From the NCBI RefSeq assembly GCF_009914755.1, contig NC_060928.1: a stretch of 64,000 nucleotides of DNA; one strand, given 5' to 3'. This DNA is from the human T2T-CHM13v2.0 reference genome, Homo sapiens. How positions within the stretch are numbered: position 1 is the first letter of the stretch; each line of letters starts with the position of its first letter. The notes below the pieces were generated by a model, which made no database searches, was not told where the DNA came from, and saw only the letters and a list, made by a program, of their open reading frames with translations. The translations under genes and the position numbers were made by a program. Positions 36,936 to 52,788 of the stretch are shown here, one piece after another.

Positions 36936-37124
36936 CCCCTCTCCTGGGGTCCGAAGAGGGACTTGCCAGTGAGCGGAGCTCTGATAATAAGGAATCAGGC
37001 ACCCACTGCTGGTCCAGGCCTGGGTTGGTTTTCCACCCAGCAGAGGTGGCAGAGCCAGGAGGGTCTGGGAGCGCTACAGGGGAGCCCCATGCTTGCCGCC
37101 GGAGCCCTGCCCCGCCCCGAGCTT

Positions 37125-37143
37125 CCCCACCAGGGGGCAGCAG
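37125..37143 (+). promoter_or_regulatory. Candidate CTCF site
   Basis: CCACCAGGGGGCAGCA closely matches the CTCF core; adjacent GC box in a CpG-richer patch. Confidence 0.55.
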
Positions 37144-37791
37144 AGAGCTTTCCAGAACCCGCCGCGGGGCTGGAGGGAAGCAGTGGCTCAGAGCTGCTGA
37201 CAAACCTCATGTTGACCCCAGACCGCTGTCTCTGTGGGTTGGGCTTGGGAATTGGAGAGGAGGCCGCATGATTGGAAACATGAAGACGGCACGGCCTGGC
37301 TGGAGCAGCGGGAAGCGTCGTCACGGTCACTGAGGACACAGACCTCCTGCCTGCCGGGCCGGGCCTGCAGCCATTCCTCTCGGGGTGGGGTCTGCAGTTC
37401 CGGGTTGCTCTCAGCCCCCGACCTGCCTCAGAGTCCTGGGGGCTTTGGGACTGTGCCTCCCCATTTCCACCCACCCTGGCTGGTGCCATCAGGGGCCTGG
37501 ATCCTGGGATCCTGTTCCTCTCGGGCAGCAGAGCATGGGGGACCAGAGGAAACGGTGGGTCTTCAAGCCCCACATTCAAACCCCAGCCCACCACTCACAG
37601 TCTGGGGGTTCGGGGTGAGGGAGTTGATTTCTCTGAGCCCCAGTTTGGTCACCACTAAAATGAGACTGACATACTGGGGCAGAGTGCCAGCCCCAGGGCC
37701 AATAGAGGCCTGTTTCCTACTAACAATACTTCTTACTCCTAAGAAAAGCTCCAACAACCACACGCTATGGAACACTCAACCCAGGTCAACT

Positions 37792-38735
<944 letters not shown>

Positions 38736-40349
38736 AACTTGCTTAACCTCTCAGACCCTTCGTCTCTTCATCTGTCACCAAAGACAAAGCCTACCCCAAG
38801 GTTCCAAGAGTGAGGAGAGAATGCATGGGAAACGAGGGGCACAGAGTTGGTGTGCAGAACCAGGCAGCCAGTCCCGTTGTTCTGTGGTGGGTGGAGGTCA
38901 GGGCTCGGCTGGCTAAGGCCTAAGCCCACTGGTCTCCAGCCCTGCTCTGCCCGTCGGAGGCTGGTTCCCGGGCAACAACCGCCGCAACAACAACCCCCTT
39001 CAGCAAAGTAGGCATGAGATGAAGAGATGTCCAGTGGGCACGTGCCCAGCTCTACGCAGCCAGTGGTCTCGCAGCCCAGAAGCCAGCTGCCCCAATTTTA
39101 GAAGGAGGCGGCCATGATCCCCAGGTTAACTCAGTCACCTTCCCACACACATTCAGCAAGCGCCCACTGCATGGGCTGCAGAAACTGCCTCAGGCAGGTG
39201 CAGGGAACTCCAGGAGTGTTCCAGGCCCTCCCAGAGGTGCTCCTGGGACTGCAGCTGAAATCACACTCCTTGTTGGGGTCCCTGGAGACTCTCCCCTGAA
39301 CAGAGATGGAAAGAGCCTTGCCCAAGGTCACACAGCCCCCTCTCCTGACTCAGAGGCAAGGGAGCTCCGCCCAGCACAGCCGCCTGCACTCTCCTGGAGC
39401 CCACATCCTTCCCTGTACTGGTTCCTCCAGGGGTAAATATCGGCCGAGTCCAAGTTGGACCCTCATTTTGGATGAGGGAGCCGAGGCTCAGAGAGGGAGG
39501 GTCACCATCCCAAGGGTATGGAATGATCAGCATCCCAAGGGAACTGGCTGCCCTGCTGCTGTTCCCTTGAATGGAGAGAGCACCATCTCCACACAAGGGA
39601 ACAGCAGGGCCACCCAGTTCTAGGCAGGATTGGGCAGCATACAGGCCACCATTCCAAGGGTGCCCAGCAAGTCTACATCAGCCTTACCTTCGCCACGGAG
39701 CCCAGGAGTTGAGAGGAGGTGGTTTACGGCCCAGCGTGAGGCCAAACTCTCTCCTGAGCAGGGTTCTCCGGAGATGGGAGAGGCCACCTCAGGCAGAAGT
39801 GAGCTCCCCGTCTGCAGAGGGGTTCAAGCAGGCCACAAGGGTCTCCCACGTGAGTGGAGAAGTGTGTCCGGGTGACACTGTTTGGGCATAAAGGTGCCCT
39901 TGGACTCCAGTTGGCGCCATCAGTGATCCAGACTGTGTTTCCAGGGAGCTTGGCCGCAGTCAACTCACACGCCCTGTGTCCAGCGCCCGGCCTGGGGAGC
40001 AGGCTGTGGGTCTTAGGCCGGGCAGCTGGCGAGACCTGTGCACCGGCAGCAGGGTGGGGTCTATGCAAGCTCAGGGGCAGGAAGCAGGCTTGAGTCCAGG
40101 CTCTGCCTCTCTCTGACTCGCCCTGACCCAGAGCACCGGGCAGTGGGCTCCCGTTCGTATGCCTTGCCCCTCTGCGAGCCTCAGTTTTCTCAGCTATAAA
40201 ATGGGGCAATGAGATGTACCTTGCTGAGCTACTATGAAGATCAACAGCATCGTAGGAAACATTTAGCACATTTTCCAGGGCTTGTCAGGTCCTCCAGGGT
40301 TGATGGAAAAACACAGCGAAAAGAATAATATGCCTCCCCCCAGATGGAA

Positions 40350-40973
40350 GTGCAGGCAGGCGGAATTCTAAACTGACTCTGCGTGCCTCCTTCCTCTTCA
40401 GCACAGGTGAGTCTGGGCTGTGATAGGATTATCACTTCTGCAAGTAGGTTGCAGTACGTGGGAAGGGTGAAGAGGTCTGCAGATGTAATTAAGGTCTCTA
40501 ATCAGTTGACTTGGAGTTATTCAAAGGAAGATGATTGCAGATGGGCTTCGCCTAATCAAGTGAGTCCTGTGTAAGAGGGTTCAGCCTTCTCTGATTCTCC
40601 TACTGGCCTGGAAGTAAACAGCTTCCAGGCTGCACAGCACAGTAAACAGTGGGCTCCCCACAGAGAGGCCGGCCCAGTAGGGGCTGCAGGCTCTCTAGGA
40701 GCTCAACGGTCCCCAGCTGGCAGCCCTCAAGCACACGGGACCCCAGACCTACAATGGCACGGAGCTGAATTCTGCCAACAACCACGTGAATTTGGAAGGA
40801 CGCTGAATCGTGGGGGAGATCACAGCCCAGCTGGCACCTCAATTACAGTTTGTGGTGACCCTGGGCAGAGAATCACATGAGGCTTCTGATGCAAGAAGCA
40901 ACCCAAGAAAGGGGCGTTGCTTTAGGCTGCTGAATTTGTGATAATTTGGTACACAGCATAGATAGCAAATACA
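40350..40973 (+). mobile_element. MaLR LTR (MLT1E/F-like)
   Basis: gcagatgtaattaaggtc...gagctgaattctgccaacaacc...aatttggtacacagcatagatagcaaataca. Confidence 0.7.
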
Positions 40974-41356
40974 AGGCCAAGCCTAGGAATGGGGAGGCCG
41001 AGCCCCAGGCATCCCTCCAGCCCTGAAGGACTCATGGTGGGCGGTAGCCAGGCAGCCCTTCCCGAGGTCGCCTCCTCGCCTGCCCACTTACCTGTACCAG
41101 CAGGTCCACTCCTCAAACTGAGGTCTTCACGTTCAGCTCCCACACCAGGAATTAAGGAAGAAGGGAGAAGGAGGAGTAAGGCAGGAGAATGGGGAATTGG
41201 GGTAGCCAAGGGCTGGGGCATGAGCAAAGGAATAGCAGGTGCGGCCAGTTAGAGTAAGCCAGAGAACTGCAGGGGCAGCTGGTTCTAGGCAGGACTGGGC
41301 GGCACCCAGGCCACATCCTCGCTTCTGCGATAACAACACAGAAATTTCTACCGCAG

Positions 41357-41479
41357 CCTCTGATGGACCGCGGGCCAAGTGTCCACTTCACCTCTGATGG
41401 ACCGCGGGCCAAGTGTCCACTTCACCTCTGATGGACCGCGGGCCAAGTGTCCACTTCACCTCTGATGGACTGCGGGCCA
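41357..41479. repeat. 34-bp tandem repeat x3.6
   Basis: cctctgatggaccgcgggccaagtgtccacttca at 41357, 41391, 41425 and 41459. Confidence 0.95.
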
Positions 41480-41559
41480 GTCCTTCATAGGGCGTAGCCA
41501 ACTGGGGGCCTCTCGAGGGCACCCAGGGGTGTTGCCAAGTTCTTTAGCTTAATAAACAC

Positions 41560-41760
41560 GTGAATTGAGGGGCCCTCAAGCCGCTTGCTAGAGCCGCTCC
41601 CACTCTGTGAATTGCACTTTTGCTTCTTCAGGAAATGTGTTTTGGTTGCTCCGTTCTTCTGTTGCTTGGTCTCTTGTTGCTTCTCTTGTTGCTTTGTGCG
41701 TTTTGTTCAACATGCCAAGACCCTGGACAACTCACAGTAATGACCTTCCATCGGGGAGCA
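41560..41760 (+). mobile_element. Possible ERV1-class LTR 3' portion
   Basis: gctcccactctgtg...ttgtgcgttttgttcaacatgccaagaccctggaca resembles an LTR U5; family uncertain. Confidence 0.35.
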
Positions 41761-42889
41761 GGGGGGCAGGTGTTGGGACCCCTGGCCTCCACCCTCCACC
41801 CAGCTGTGTGACCCCAGGACAGCCTGGGCTTCAGGTGGCCTTCTCTGCAGAGCACAGGGCACACGTCCTGAGCCCTGGCGTGGGCGTCCTGCGAGCACGG
41901 CCTCCTGTCCTGGACCCTGTTCGTCCGCTGCCGTGCTCACCAGGCCAGCCCTCGGTAACCCGCCAGAGCCAAACACAGGATTTCACAACCCCGGCCACTT
42001 TGGCCTGGGTCTGTGCGGCATCCCAGGAAAAGAGAATTCCAGGGCCAGGAGGTCTCCAGGAAGCAGGGCCGACCTCGTCCCTCCCATAGCAAACACGGCA
42101 GCTCCTCGTCTGTGACGGCTCCGATAAGCCCAGACTGCAGGATGAGGAGACCTCTGGGGACTCATCCGCATGGGGAGGGCTGGGTTTCCAGAGAAGTCTG
42201 AGAGGGGAGGCAGTTTCACAATGCCAGCACCCCAGGCTTCAGGCCAGGCCCAGCCCCTCTGGGGAGGATAGCCGGTGCCAGTCCCCTTGCCCTGTCCCCA
42301 GAGCCTCAGGGACTCCAAGAGGCCCAGGGGCAAGCCTCTCCCTTCACCTCCTGACCCTTGTCGGCCCCAAAGGGGAGCCCCTGTGTGCATCCCCACCTCC
42401 TATGCAGGAACGCACAGCAGACTGGCTATCTCCAGGCCAGCAGGGAGGACCCCGCTGTGTGGTCACGGCTCACACTGCCGGGCCCTGTGAACACACCCGT
42501 TCCCGACAGGGCCTGGATCCAGGGCAGAGTGCAAAGCTGGGCTGGTTCTGACCTAAGCCTTGTTTCCAGCACAAGCTTCGGGGGCCCCACCCGGGATGGG
42601 CCATGGTGACGGAGGAGGAGTGATGTTACCTTCCCACATGGATCCCACATGCTCTGGGACAGCCCTCCCTGTGCCGGGGGAAGTGCCCTGGAGGGAAGGA
42701 GGCCCTGGGACCACTGTGAGCTCAGCCTTCAGCCTTATGGGAGCTTCACCCCAAGCCCCTGACCCTGTAGGGACAGATCAAAGGAACCTCCAGAGCCACC
42801 TATGCTCTGGGGTCCCACTGGTGATCAATGCTCTTAGCAAAGGAGAGATGGTGTCGACCTCAACCTGACCAGGGCTTTCTGCTTTACCT

Positions 42890-43230
42890 AACAGCGGACG
42901 TAAGAAGCATTCCACTCAAGTTCAAGAGCAAGGCTCATCGTGTGGTCAACATTATACTGGAAGTCCCAGACAACGCAGCAAAACAAGGAAAAAGAAATCG
43001 ATTCAAAGAATTGTTAAAGAAGAAACAAACTGACATGATTCACAAATGACAGGGTTGTTTACCCAGAAAATCCAAGACATCCCAGACAGCTTTTAGGGTC
43101 ACTAAGAGGCCAAGTTTCCTGGGAAAAGAGTAAACAAAAGTCAATTCCATTCCCACAGACCTGGAACAGTGAGTTGGGAAATGCGATTATAACAATTACG
43201 CAATGTTGAATATCAAGAAGATAGACACTA
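42890..43230 (+). mobile_element. Old L1 ORF2 remnant (probably continues at ~43810-44005)
   Basis: VNIILEVPDNAAKQGK resembles the L1 RT-region FNIVLEVLARAIRQEKE. Confidence 0.55.
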
Positions 43231-43232
43231 TG

Positions 43233-43390
43233 TATGATGGTTAATACTGTCAACTTGATTGGATTGAAGGATACAAAGTATTAATCCTGGGTGTGTCTGT
43301 GAGGGTGTTGCCAAGGGAGATTAACATTTGAGTCAGTGGGCTGGGAAAGGCAGACCCACCCTTAATCTGGGTGGGCACCATCTGATCAGC
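43233..43390 (+). mobile_element. MLT2A LTR 5' fragment (ERVL)
   Basis: tgatggttaatactgtcaacttgattggattgaaggatacaaagtattaatcctgggtgtgtctgtgagg. Confidence 0.85.
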
Positions 43391-43407
43391 CTCTCACGTC
43401 CTCCTCA

Positions 43408-43800
<393 letters not shown>

Positions 43801-43902
43801 TCATGAGCCACAGTGGGAAAGAATTTCTCAAACAAGGCACCTAGAACATAAAAGGAAAAGATGACTAAGTTTGGCTATATTAAAATTACAAACCACTGTG
43901 TG

Positions 43903-43970
43903 GAAAAGACACCATGGACACAGAAAAGACATCATGGACACGGAAAACACACCATGGACACAGAAAAGAC
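43903..43970. repeat. 20-bp tandem repeat x3.4
   Basis: gaaaagacaccatggacaca. Confidence 0.85.
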
Positions 43971-44007
43971 AGGCCCCGAGCTCGGAGAAGATACTTGCAG
44001 CACAGGT

Positions 44008-44042
44008 TTTAGTCAGGGCTCTCCAGGGAAATGGGGCCAATA

Positions 44043-44113
<71 letters not shown>

Positions 44114-44590
44114 TACACACACACACACAGACACACAGGTAAATATGTACACTTATACATCATATGCATATATGTTCATACACATAGATACACACACACA
44201 TACGGAGATTGATTACGGGAACTCAAGTGACTGTGGAGGCAGAGAAGTCCTATGAGATGCTGCCTATGAAGCTGGAGACCAGGAGAGCTGGTGGTGTGAT
44301 TTCAGGTCTGACAGTCTGAGAACGAGGGGAGCTGATGCTCAAGGGCAGGGGAAGACGGATGTCCCAGCTCCACAGCAGACAGGGAGAGGATTTGCCCTCC
44401 CCTTACCTTTTTGGCCCATCTGGACCCTCAAGGAATGGGATGACGCTGCCTACCCTGGTGCTGATGAGGGCAGCCTTCTTTAATACTATGGATTCAAATG
44501 TTAAACTCTTCTAGAAGCTCTCTCACACACACCCCCCCAGAAATACTTTACCAGCCCAGTCAAGCTGGCACAAAATTGACACTCACCACA
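44008..44590 (-). mobile_element. MLT2-family LTR carrying a compound (AT)n(AC)n tract at 44045-44130
   Basis: gtcagggctctccag...gctggagaccaggagagctggtggtgtgatt...gattcaaatgttaa. Confidence 0.7.
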
Positions 44591-44821
44591 TGTGTGCATG
44601 GTGCGCTACGTGGAATATATAGAGTTTATCATGTGCACGTGTGTAATACAGAATCTAATAGATTTCTTATGACATTTTATGTATGTATAACATCTGCAAA
44701 CGTCATATGTAACAAAGTACACGCATGCATGTGTGTAATATAGGATCTAATGTGTCAGATATGACATTTTATGTATAACATCTGCAAACATCATGTATAA
44801 GCAAGTACACGCATACACACG

Positions 44822-45060
44822 TACAGTTACAGACGTATTAATGATGGGATACATTCTGAGAAACGCGATGTTAACGCGTGTTTGTGTGAACATCCTGGAG
44901 TGCTTATACACACCTAGATGGTCTGGCCACTGTACACTGGGCAGAGGGCAAAGCCTCTTGCTCCCAGGCTGCACGCCTGCATGGCGTGTGACTGTACTGA
45001 ACACCACAGGCAGCTGTCACAGCACGGGAAGGATTTGTCTAATCATTGAAAAGGCATAGG
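44822..45060. mobile_element. Tigger3/MER7-like DNA transposon fragment
   Basis: gggatacattctgagaaa...gtgaacatc...acctagatgg...actgtactgaa. Confidence 0.7.
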
Positions 45061-45350
45061 GAGAGTTGGGGCAGCCCTCATAGAGCTGTCCCTGCACCCT
45101 CAGTGCTCATCGTTGGCCAATCTCCCCTACACATGGGGAACGAGGGACAGGCCTATGGCCACAGGGCTGGGAGGCACCCTGGCTCCACTGCTCAGAGCTC
45201 ATTGCTGTGGGAAGTCAGCCCCTTGGAGTCCTGGCTTCCTCCTCTGCAAAATGGGGACAGTGATGCTGATGTCAGAGGTTCCTGTGAGGGTCATGTGAGG
45301 GTGTGTTTGTAAAGAACAAGCCCTCAATACACAGTGCTGTTACTGTTAGC

Positions 45351-45492
45351 TTTTTTTTTTTCTTTTTTTTTGTTTCTGAGACAGGGTCTCACTATGTTGT
45401 CCAGGTTTGTCTTGAACTCCTGAGCTCAAGTGGTCCTCATGCCTCAGCCTCCTGAGTAGCTGGGACCATGGCTGTTTCGCAGCACATCCAGC
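45351..45492 (-). mobile_element. Alu monomer (FLAM-like)
   Basis: poly-T plus a single arm. Confidence 0.75.
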
Positions 45493-46764
45493 TGTTGTTG
45501 TTATCTTTTTAATGGAAAAAGCCTGGACAGGAGAGACCGGCGTGCATGGGCAGTAATCTATCCACCCCCGTGCATGGGCTGCACTCTACCCTTGGCCTGG
45601 TGGGCTCCTACCCACCCTTCAGGACCCCATGTGAATGACCCCCTTATAAGCCTTTTCTGCCTGCACCATCCCCTGGCAATTCCCCCACCTGGCTCTCTAC
45701 ACTCCCGAGTAGTGTTCATTGCACTGAATTGCCACCCACCTGTTTACCCAGCTCCTCCACTCCATGAGGTCCCGGAGCCTGGAGTGGGTCTCGCTCACCA
45801 TCACCTGCCCACCAGCACAGGGTCCGCGCCTAGCAGGCGTTTGTTGAGGGAATAAACAAGCCCAGGCGCGGGTGTAAGAACTCCTGAAGGAAGGCAGGTT
45901 CCACGAGTATTGAAATCCCCTGAGAGGGACCTGCAAGGGAGGCAGAAAGCTTTGCCTGGGGCTGGGGTTTGGAAGGAGGCCTCGGCCTCCGAGGTCCAGT
46001 GGCAGGTGTGTCCCATGTGGTTGGGAAAGGGTTCTGAGTGTGCGGGAAGATATCCCATGAAGGGAATCTCCGGAGGCTTCTGCACTGAACGGAATGTTCT
46101 TTGCTCTTTCTCAGAAGTCCCTGCAGCCACTTTCCTGACTGGACCTTTTGCAATGAGTGATTGTCGTGAGCATTTTCCACCGGGGATGGACCCACCGGCT
46201 CTGCTGAATTTCCTGCTGCAGAAATCGTGGCCAGGCTGCTTTTGTTAACTGCATGTTTGACAAATGAATATTCTCGAACACCCGCTCTGAACAATGGCCT
46301 GCGCTTCTTGGTGGGCAGTTGGGGCCGCTGCCATTTTAGGGACAAGGTGCATTACAGAGATCGCATGGTCACAGCCCCTTCTCGCAGCTGAGGCCCAAAG
46401 AGGGGAAGGGCAGAGCCTGGACACCCCTGCAGCCTCCAGCTTCCCCACAGCACCTGTGGTGGCGTTCCCATGGTAACCCTGGGGGTCAGCAGGCAGGGGC
46501 ATCAGCCGTCGCTGGGAGGCTGCAGCAGGAGACAGGGCGGTGCCAGCCAGGTTGCTCCACGCCACCAATCTCCCCTCATCACCTGTGTCCATCTTGACGC
46601 GCCGTGTGTCTCACTAACCCTTTATTTCTCTGTTGCGTGAGGACCCTTGGCGCACAGCTCGGGGGAATAAAAATGGCATTGCAATTTGGGGCCAAAATGA
46701 AAGGGCAGGCGTTCTTTACCTGTTGGTCTGGCCGAAAGTCTAGCTCCGCACTCCAGGAGGCCTG

Positions 46765-47100
46765 TCTCAGTTTCCAGTCACCGCCATAACAAGTTACCCC
46801 AGTTTAGTGGCTTGAAGCAGCAGACGTGCCTCCTCTCACGGTTCTGGAGGCCAGGGGTTCAAATCAAGGCATCATCGGCAGGGCCATGCCCTCGGAAGGT
46901 GGGGAGAGGACCCTTCCTGCCCCTCCCAGGCTGCTGGCGACCCACAGCACTCCCCTCTCTGCAGTGTCTTTACAAGGCCTTCTGCTCTGCGTGTCTGTTC
47001 CAACCTCCCTCTGCCTCTGTCTCCTAAGGACACTTGTGGTGGCGTTTAGGGCCTACTCAGATAGTCCGGGATCATCCCTCCATCCCAAGTCCCTGGGCTG
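46765..47100 (-). mobile_element. MaLR LTR (MLT1-like)
   Basis: gccataacaagttacccc...ggttctggaggccagggg. Confidence 0.65.
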
Positions 47101-48413
47101 AATCCCCGTATCCCTATGAGATCACAGGTGCTGGTTCCAGGTTCCCGGCACGAAGTCCTAGGGGGCCATTTTCTGGCTGACCACCAGGGATGCGCTCCAG
47201 ATGAGCCAAGAGAGGGGCTTGAAGCCCTGGTGGATTCGAGAAGCAGGAGGCCGCAGGATGCAGAGCGGTGGGAGGCAGAACAGGGGAGGGTTGGCCTGAG
47301 GGAGCTCGTCTGCGGGAGGGGGGTGACGCCACTCCTGAGGCTGGGGAGGGCTGTGCGTGGCCAGGGTGGTCAGGTCCAAATGTCAAGGGGTACCTGCCTC
47401 TTGATGGGGCAATGAGGTCATGGAGGTCATCAGCCCCAGGCAGTGGCCGGGAATGGAGACATGGACCCAGATGAACTGGAAGCATGTTTACCCCGTTTCC
47501 CAGGGAAGGACGATTCAGGGCCACCTCCAGCCTCCCCACAGCCACCCCAGCACCCCCAGCTGCCGTGTTTCACCATGGCCGGAATCAGCATGGATTTACA
47601 GTGCATTTCCTAAGCCACTGCTTGCGTCTGCTGCATGACCCTACGTCCCTGTGGTTTTCTTATCTAGCATTTTGATGGGGAGTGGGGGAAGGGTGGCGGG
47701 TGTCGCTTAGTGAAAGAATATGCCCCTCTGTGGCAGGCAGCTCTGTGCTCCGCGGCTGGCTCTCCTATGCTCTTATCCCTGGGAGACTGTCTGTCCTCAG
47801 TTTCCCCACCTGTAATGTGGGATCGCGAACATCACAGAGGGGTTCCTTCCTCTCCCTCCCTGCCTTCCTCTCTCCTTCCTTCTTTCTGCCTCTCCTTCCC
47901 TCCTTCTTTCCCCTTTCCCTGCCTCTCTTCTCTCCTTCTATCCTTCCCTTTTCCCTCCCTCCCTTCCTGCTTTGACCATCTCCATGTGGAGGCGTGCATG
48001 ACTAAGAGGAGCTGCCTCGTCTCTGTTGGGGTCCTGGTGACAGCACTGGGCATGGGGTGCTCCTGGAGGTTTGAGGGGCTCACTTCTATCCACCTCCAGA
48101 GCAGGTTTCCTTGTTCAGAGCAAGTGGACAGAATGACCCCCGGAGGGTCCCTGTCCACTTGTTACCGTGCAAAGGTCCCAAGCCCTCAGGGAGAAAGGAG
48201 GTCAGACACTGTTTGGCCTCTCCGGAGTCCAAACAGACAGGGCCCTGGTGCCTGGGTGTCTGGGCTGAGGTTGCAGGCTGGGGCTTGGGAAGATCAAGAC
48301 CCTCTGAGTTTGCAAATTAGCTGAGGTTCAGAAGAAGCTTCAGCTATTGAAAGTAAAAATTGCTGGTCGAACTCTGTGGCTGAGATGCTGATGAATGAAT
48401 GATACACAGCTGA

Positions 48414-48791
<378 letters not shown>

Positions 48792-49089
48792 GAAAAGTTA
48801 TTTTCAAATAGGTGACTCTCTTGTCATCAACAGTAACTTGGAATTGAGGAAGTAAGGTTGTGTGTGTGTGTTGTGTGTGTGTGTTGTTGTGTTTTGTGGG
48901 CATGTGTTTGCCTGTGTTTTGTGTGTGTGAGAGAGGGGGAGAGAGGCTCTGGCTGCATTGAGAACCTCCGTTTTCCTCTTACCAGTATGTGAGCGTCTTG
49001 GCAGGTCTGCGTGTCCAGGCCCGTCCCTCTTCTTTCTGTTTCTAGTAAAACCCCACAGCATTCCACTGTGCCAATGCCACTGGCTCAAT

Positions 49090-49211
49090 CCATTCATTCC
49101 TGCTGCTATCACAGAATACTGCGGCCTGGGTGGCTTACAAACAGCAGACAGTTCTTCCTCCCCGTTCTGGAGGCTGGAAAGTGCAAGTTCAAGGAGAAGT
49201 AGTTTCAGTGT

Positions 49212-49215
<4 letters not shown>
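49090..49215 (-). mobile_element. MaLR LTR fragment (MST/MLT1A-like)
   Basis: ctgctatcacagaatac...ggcttacaaacagcaga...gttctggaggctggaaagt. Confidence 0.65.
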
Positions 49216-49850
<635 letters not shown>

Positions 49851-50074
49851 TGAAGATCTTGGCACATGAATTCTGTCTTTCCATGATTATATGCCCCAAG
49901 TCAGGTCTTCTGAAGTCATAAATTGTGAGGAGAAATCCAGTCCAGGGCCTTCCTGCACAGCCCCCTATAGCTGGTGGGGCCAGGGAAGATGCTCTCTCAA
50001 CTCTGGGTTGATAGAGCCATGTGCTGGCTGTGTGACCAGAGGCAAGTCACTTTCCTCTCTGACCCTCTGGTTTC

Positions 50075-50367
50075 TTATTTTGTTTTTTTCTGAGACGGAG
50101 TCTTGCTCTGTTGCCCAGGCTGAAGTGCAATGGCGCAGTCTTGGCTCATTGCAAACTCTGCCTCCTATGTTCAAGCGGTTCTCCAGCCTCAGCCTCCTGA
50201 GTAGCTGGGACTACAGGCGCGCGCCACCATGCCGGCTAATTTTTGTATTTTTAGCAGAGACAGGGTTTCACCATGTTGGCTGGTCTCAAACTCCTGACCT
50301 CAGGTGATCCGCCCACCTCGGCCTCTCAAAGTGCTGGGATTACAGGCATGAGCCACTGTGCCCAGCC
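50075..50367 (-). mobile_element. AluS
   Basis: Alu consensus. Confidence 0.93.
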
Positions 50368-51235
50368 TGGTTTCTCTTCTGTACAATGCAATACACAAAG
50401 AGGGATGGGCATGTTTCCAAGTGCACCAGAAGCAGGTGGGCTCTAAACAGGGCATCCCAGCATGTGCCACGCCAGTAAGAGATCACAGCACCGTTCATCG
50501 GTCTGTTCATAGGGCCCCTGTTTTTTAAGTCCCTGCTGGTGCTGGGTCAGGAGTAGGCTGAGAGGAACAGAGATAAATGATGCATCCCATACTGTGGAGC
50601 GGAGGTGGACACTGCTGCTATTCTAGCCAAGAGGCAGACTGGCACGGGGCACGGGGCCACAGAGAAGGGAGGCGGGGAATCCCACCTGGGAGCAAGTGAG
50701 GCTTCACAGCGGGGTGCAGTGCAGGGGTCCACCTGGGGTGCGACACCTCAGCATGTCCTGCCTCCCTGTCCTCCCCCTGCTCCCTGAGTGCTGCTCAGGC
50801 ATCCCCAGGACTCAGAGTGCTTGGGGAATACGTGTTAAATCACAGAGCCAGTGAGGAAAGAGCAAACGGGTGACGGTGCAGGGAGGGGGAGTTCCAGACA
50901 GAGCCAGCTAGAGGGTGAGGCCTTCTGGGACAATGACTTGTAGGGTGTGACAGCAGTGTGGGCTGCAGGGAGGGTTCGATCAAGCAGGCTGCCAAATGGG
51001 AGGGTTTCAGTATGAGCAGCTGCTGGCCAGACCCCAGGCATCATCCAAGAGTGGGCAGGAGCCACGCTGACACAAGCATCTCTGGCATTCTTGGCTCTCT
51101 GTCCCCGACCCCTCCCCTTGGCTTCTGTCTGTGTCACTCACAGGAGACTCATCCAGCACCATGAACCAGTTACAGAGAGGTGGCTTTCTAAACCTTTTAA
51201 AACATCTAATGCCTTTTAAAGATAGTGTTCAATGA

Positions 51236-51620
<385 letters not shown>

Positions 51621-51853
51621 CCCAAGAGTCTTAAAAGAGTTGATATTCATGGGCCTGTGAAGACTCTTATCCTCACCTTATTCTTATCTACGTCTTAACG
51701 AAGTCCCTGCAGAGGCCCTCAACGGTTTACGCCCAAGACAGTTCATCACAGGGTTAGTAATCCCAGCACTCAGTGATGGGGCTGACTGAACAGAACATAA
51801 GCCCACACCCATTGGCTGGTGTGGACCTGTTCAAAGCATGTGTTCCAAAGAAG

Positions 51854-52173
<320 letters not shown>

Positions 52174-52211
52174 TAATAAAAGGAGAATTCACCTTTTATT
52201 TATAAGTCAAT

Positions 52212-52500
<289 letters not shown>

Positions 52501-52788
52501 AATAAGTCAAATAAGTAGAACATTCCACTATAGCGTGAGCACGGTGACAAAAATAAGTGTGCCTCATGCACATATCCTGCTGTTCATTTGCCTTTGGGTT
52601 TTCTACCCCTTTCTCTACCCTTCCCCAGTCTGTTCTGTGTCTTGGGAAGAAAATATTTCCCAGGCTCCCTTTCCAACCAGCTTTCTGCTGGGCTCAGCTG
52701 ATGGGAGGTCCCCAGGTGAGAGGAGGGGAGACGCCAGGATGTTTCTCCCGTTGTGTATGTGCACACACATGCACTCCTACATACACTC

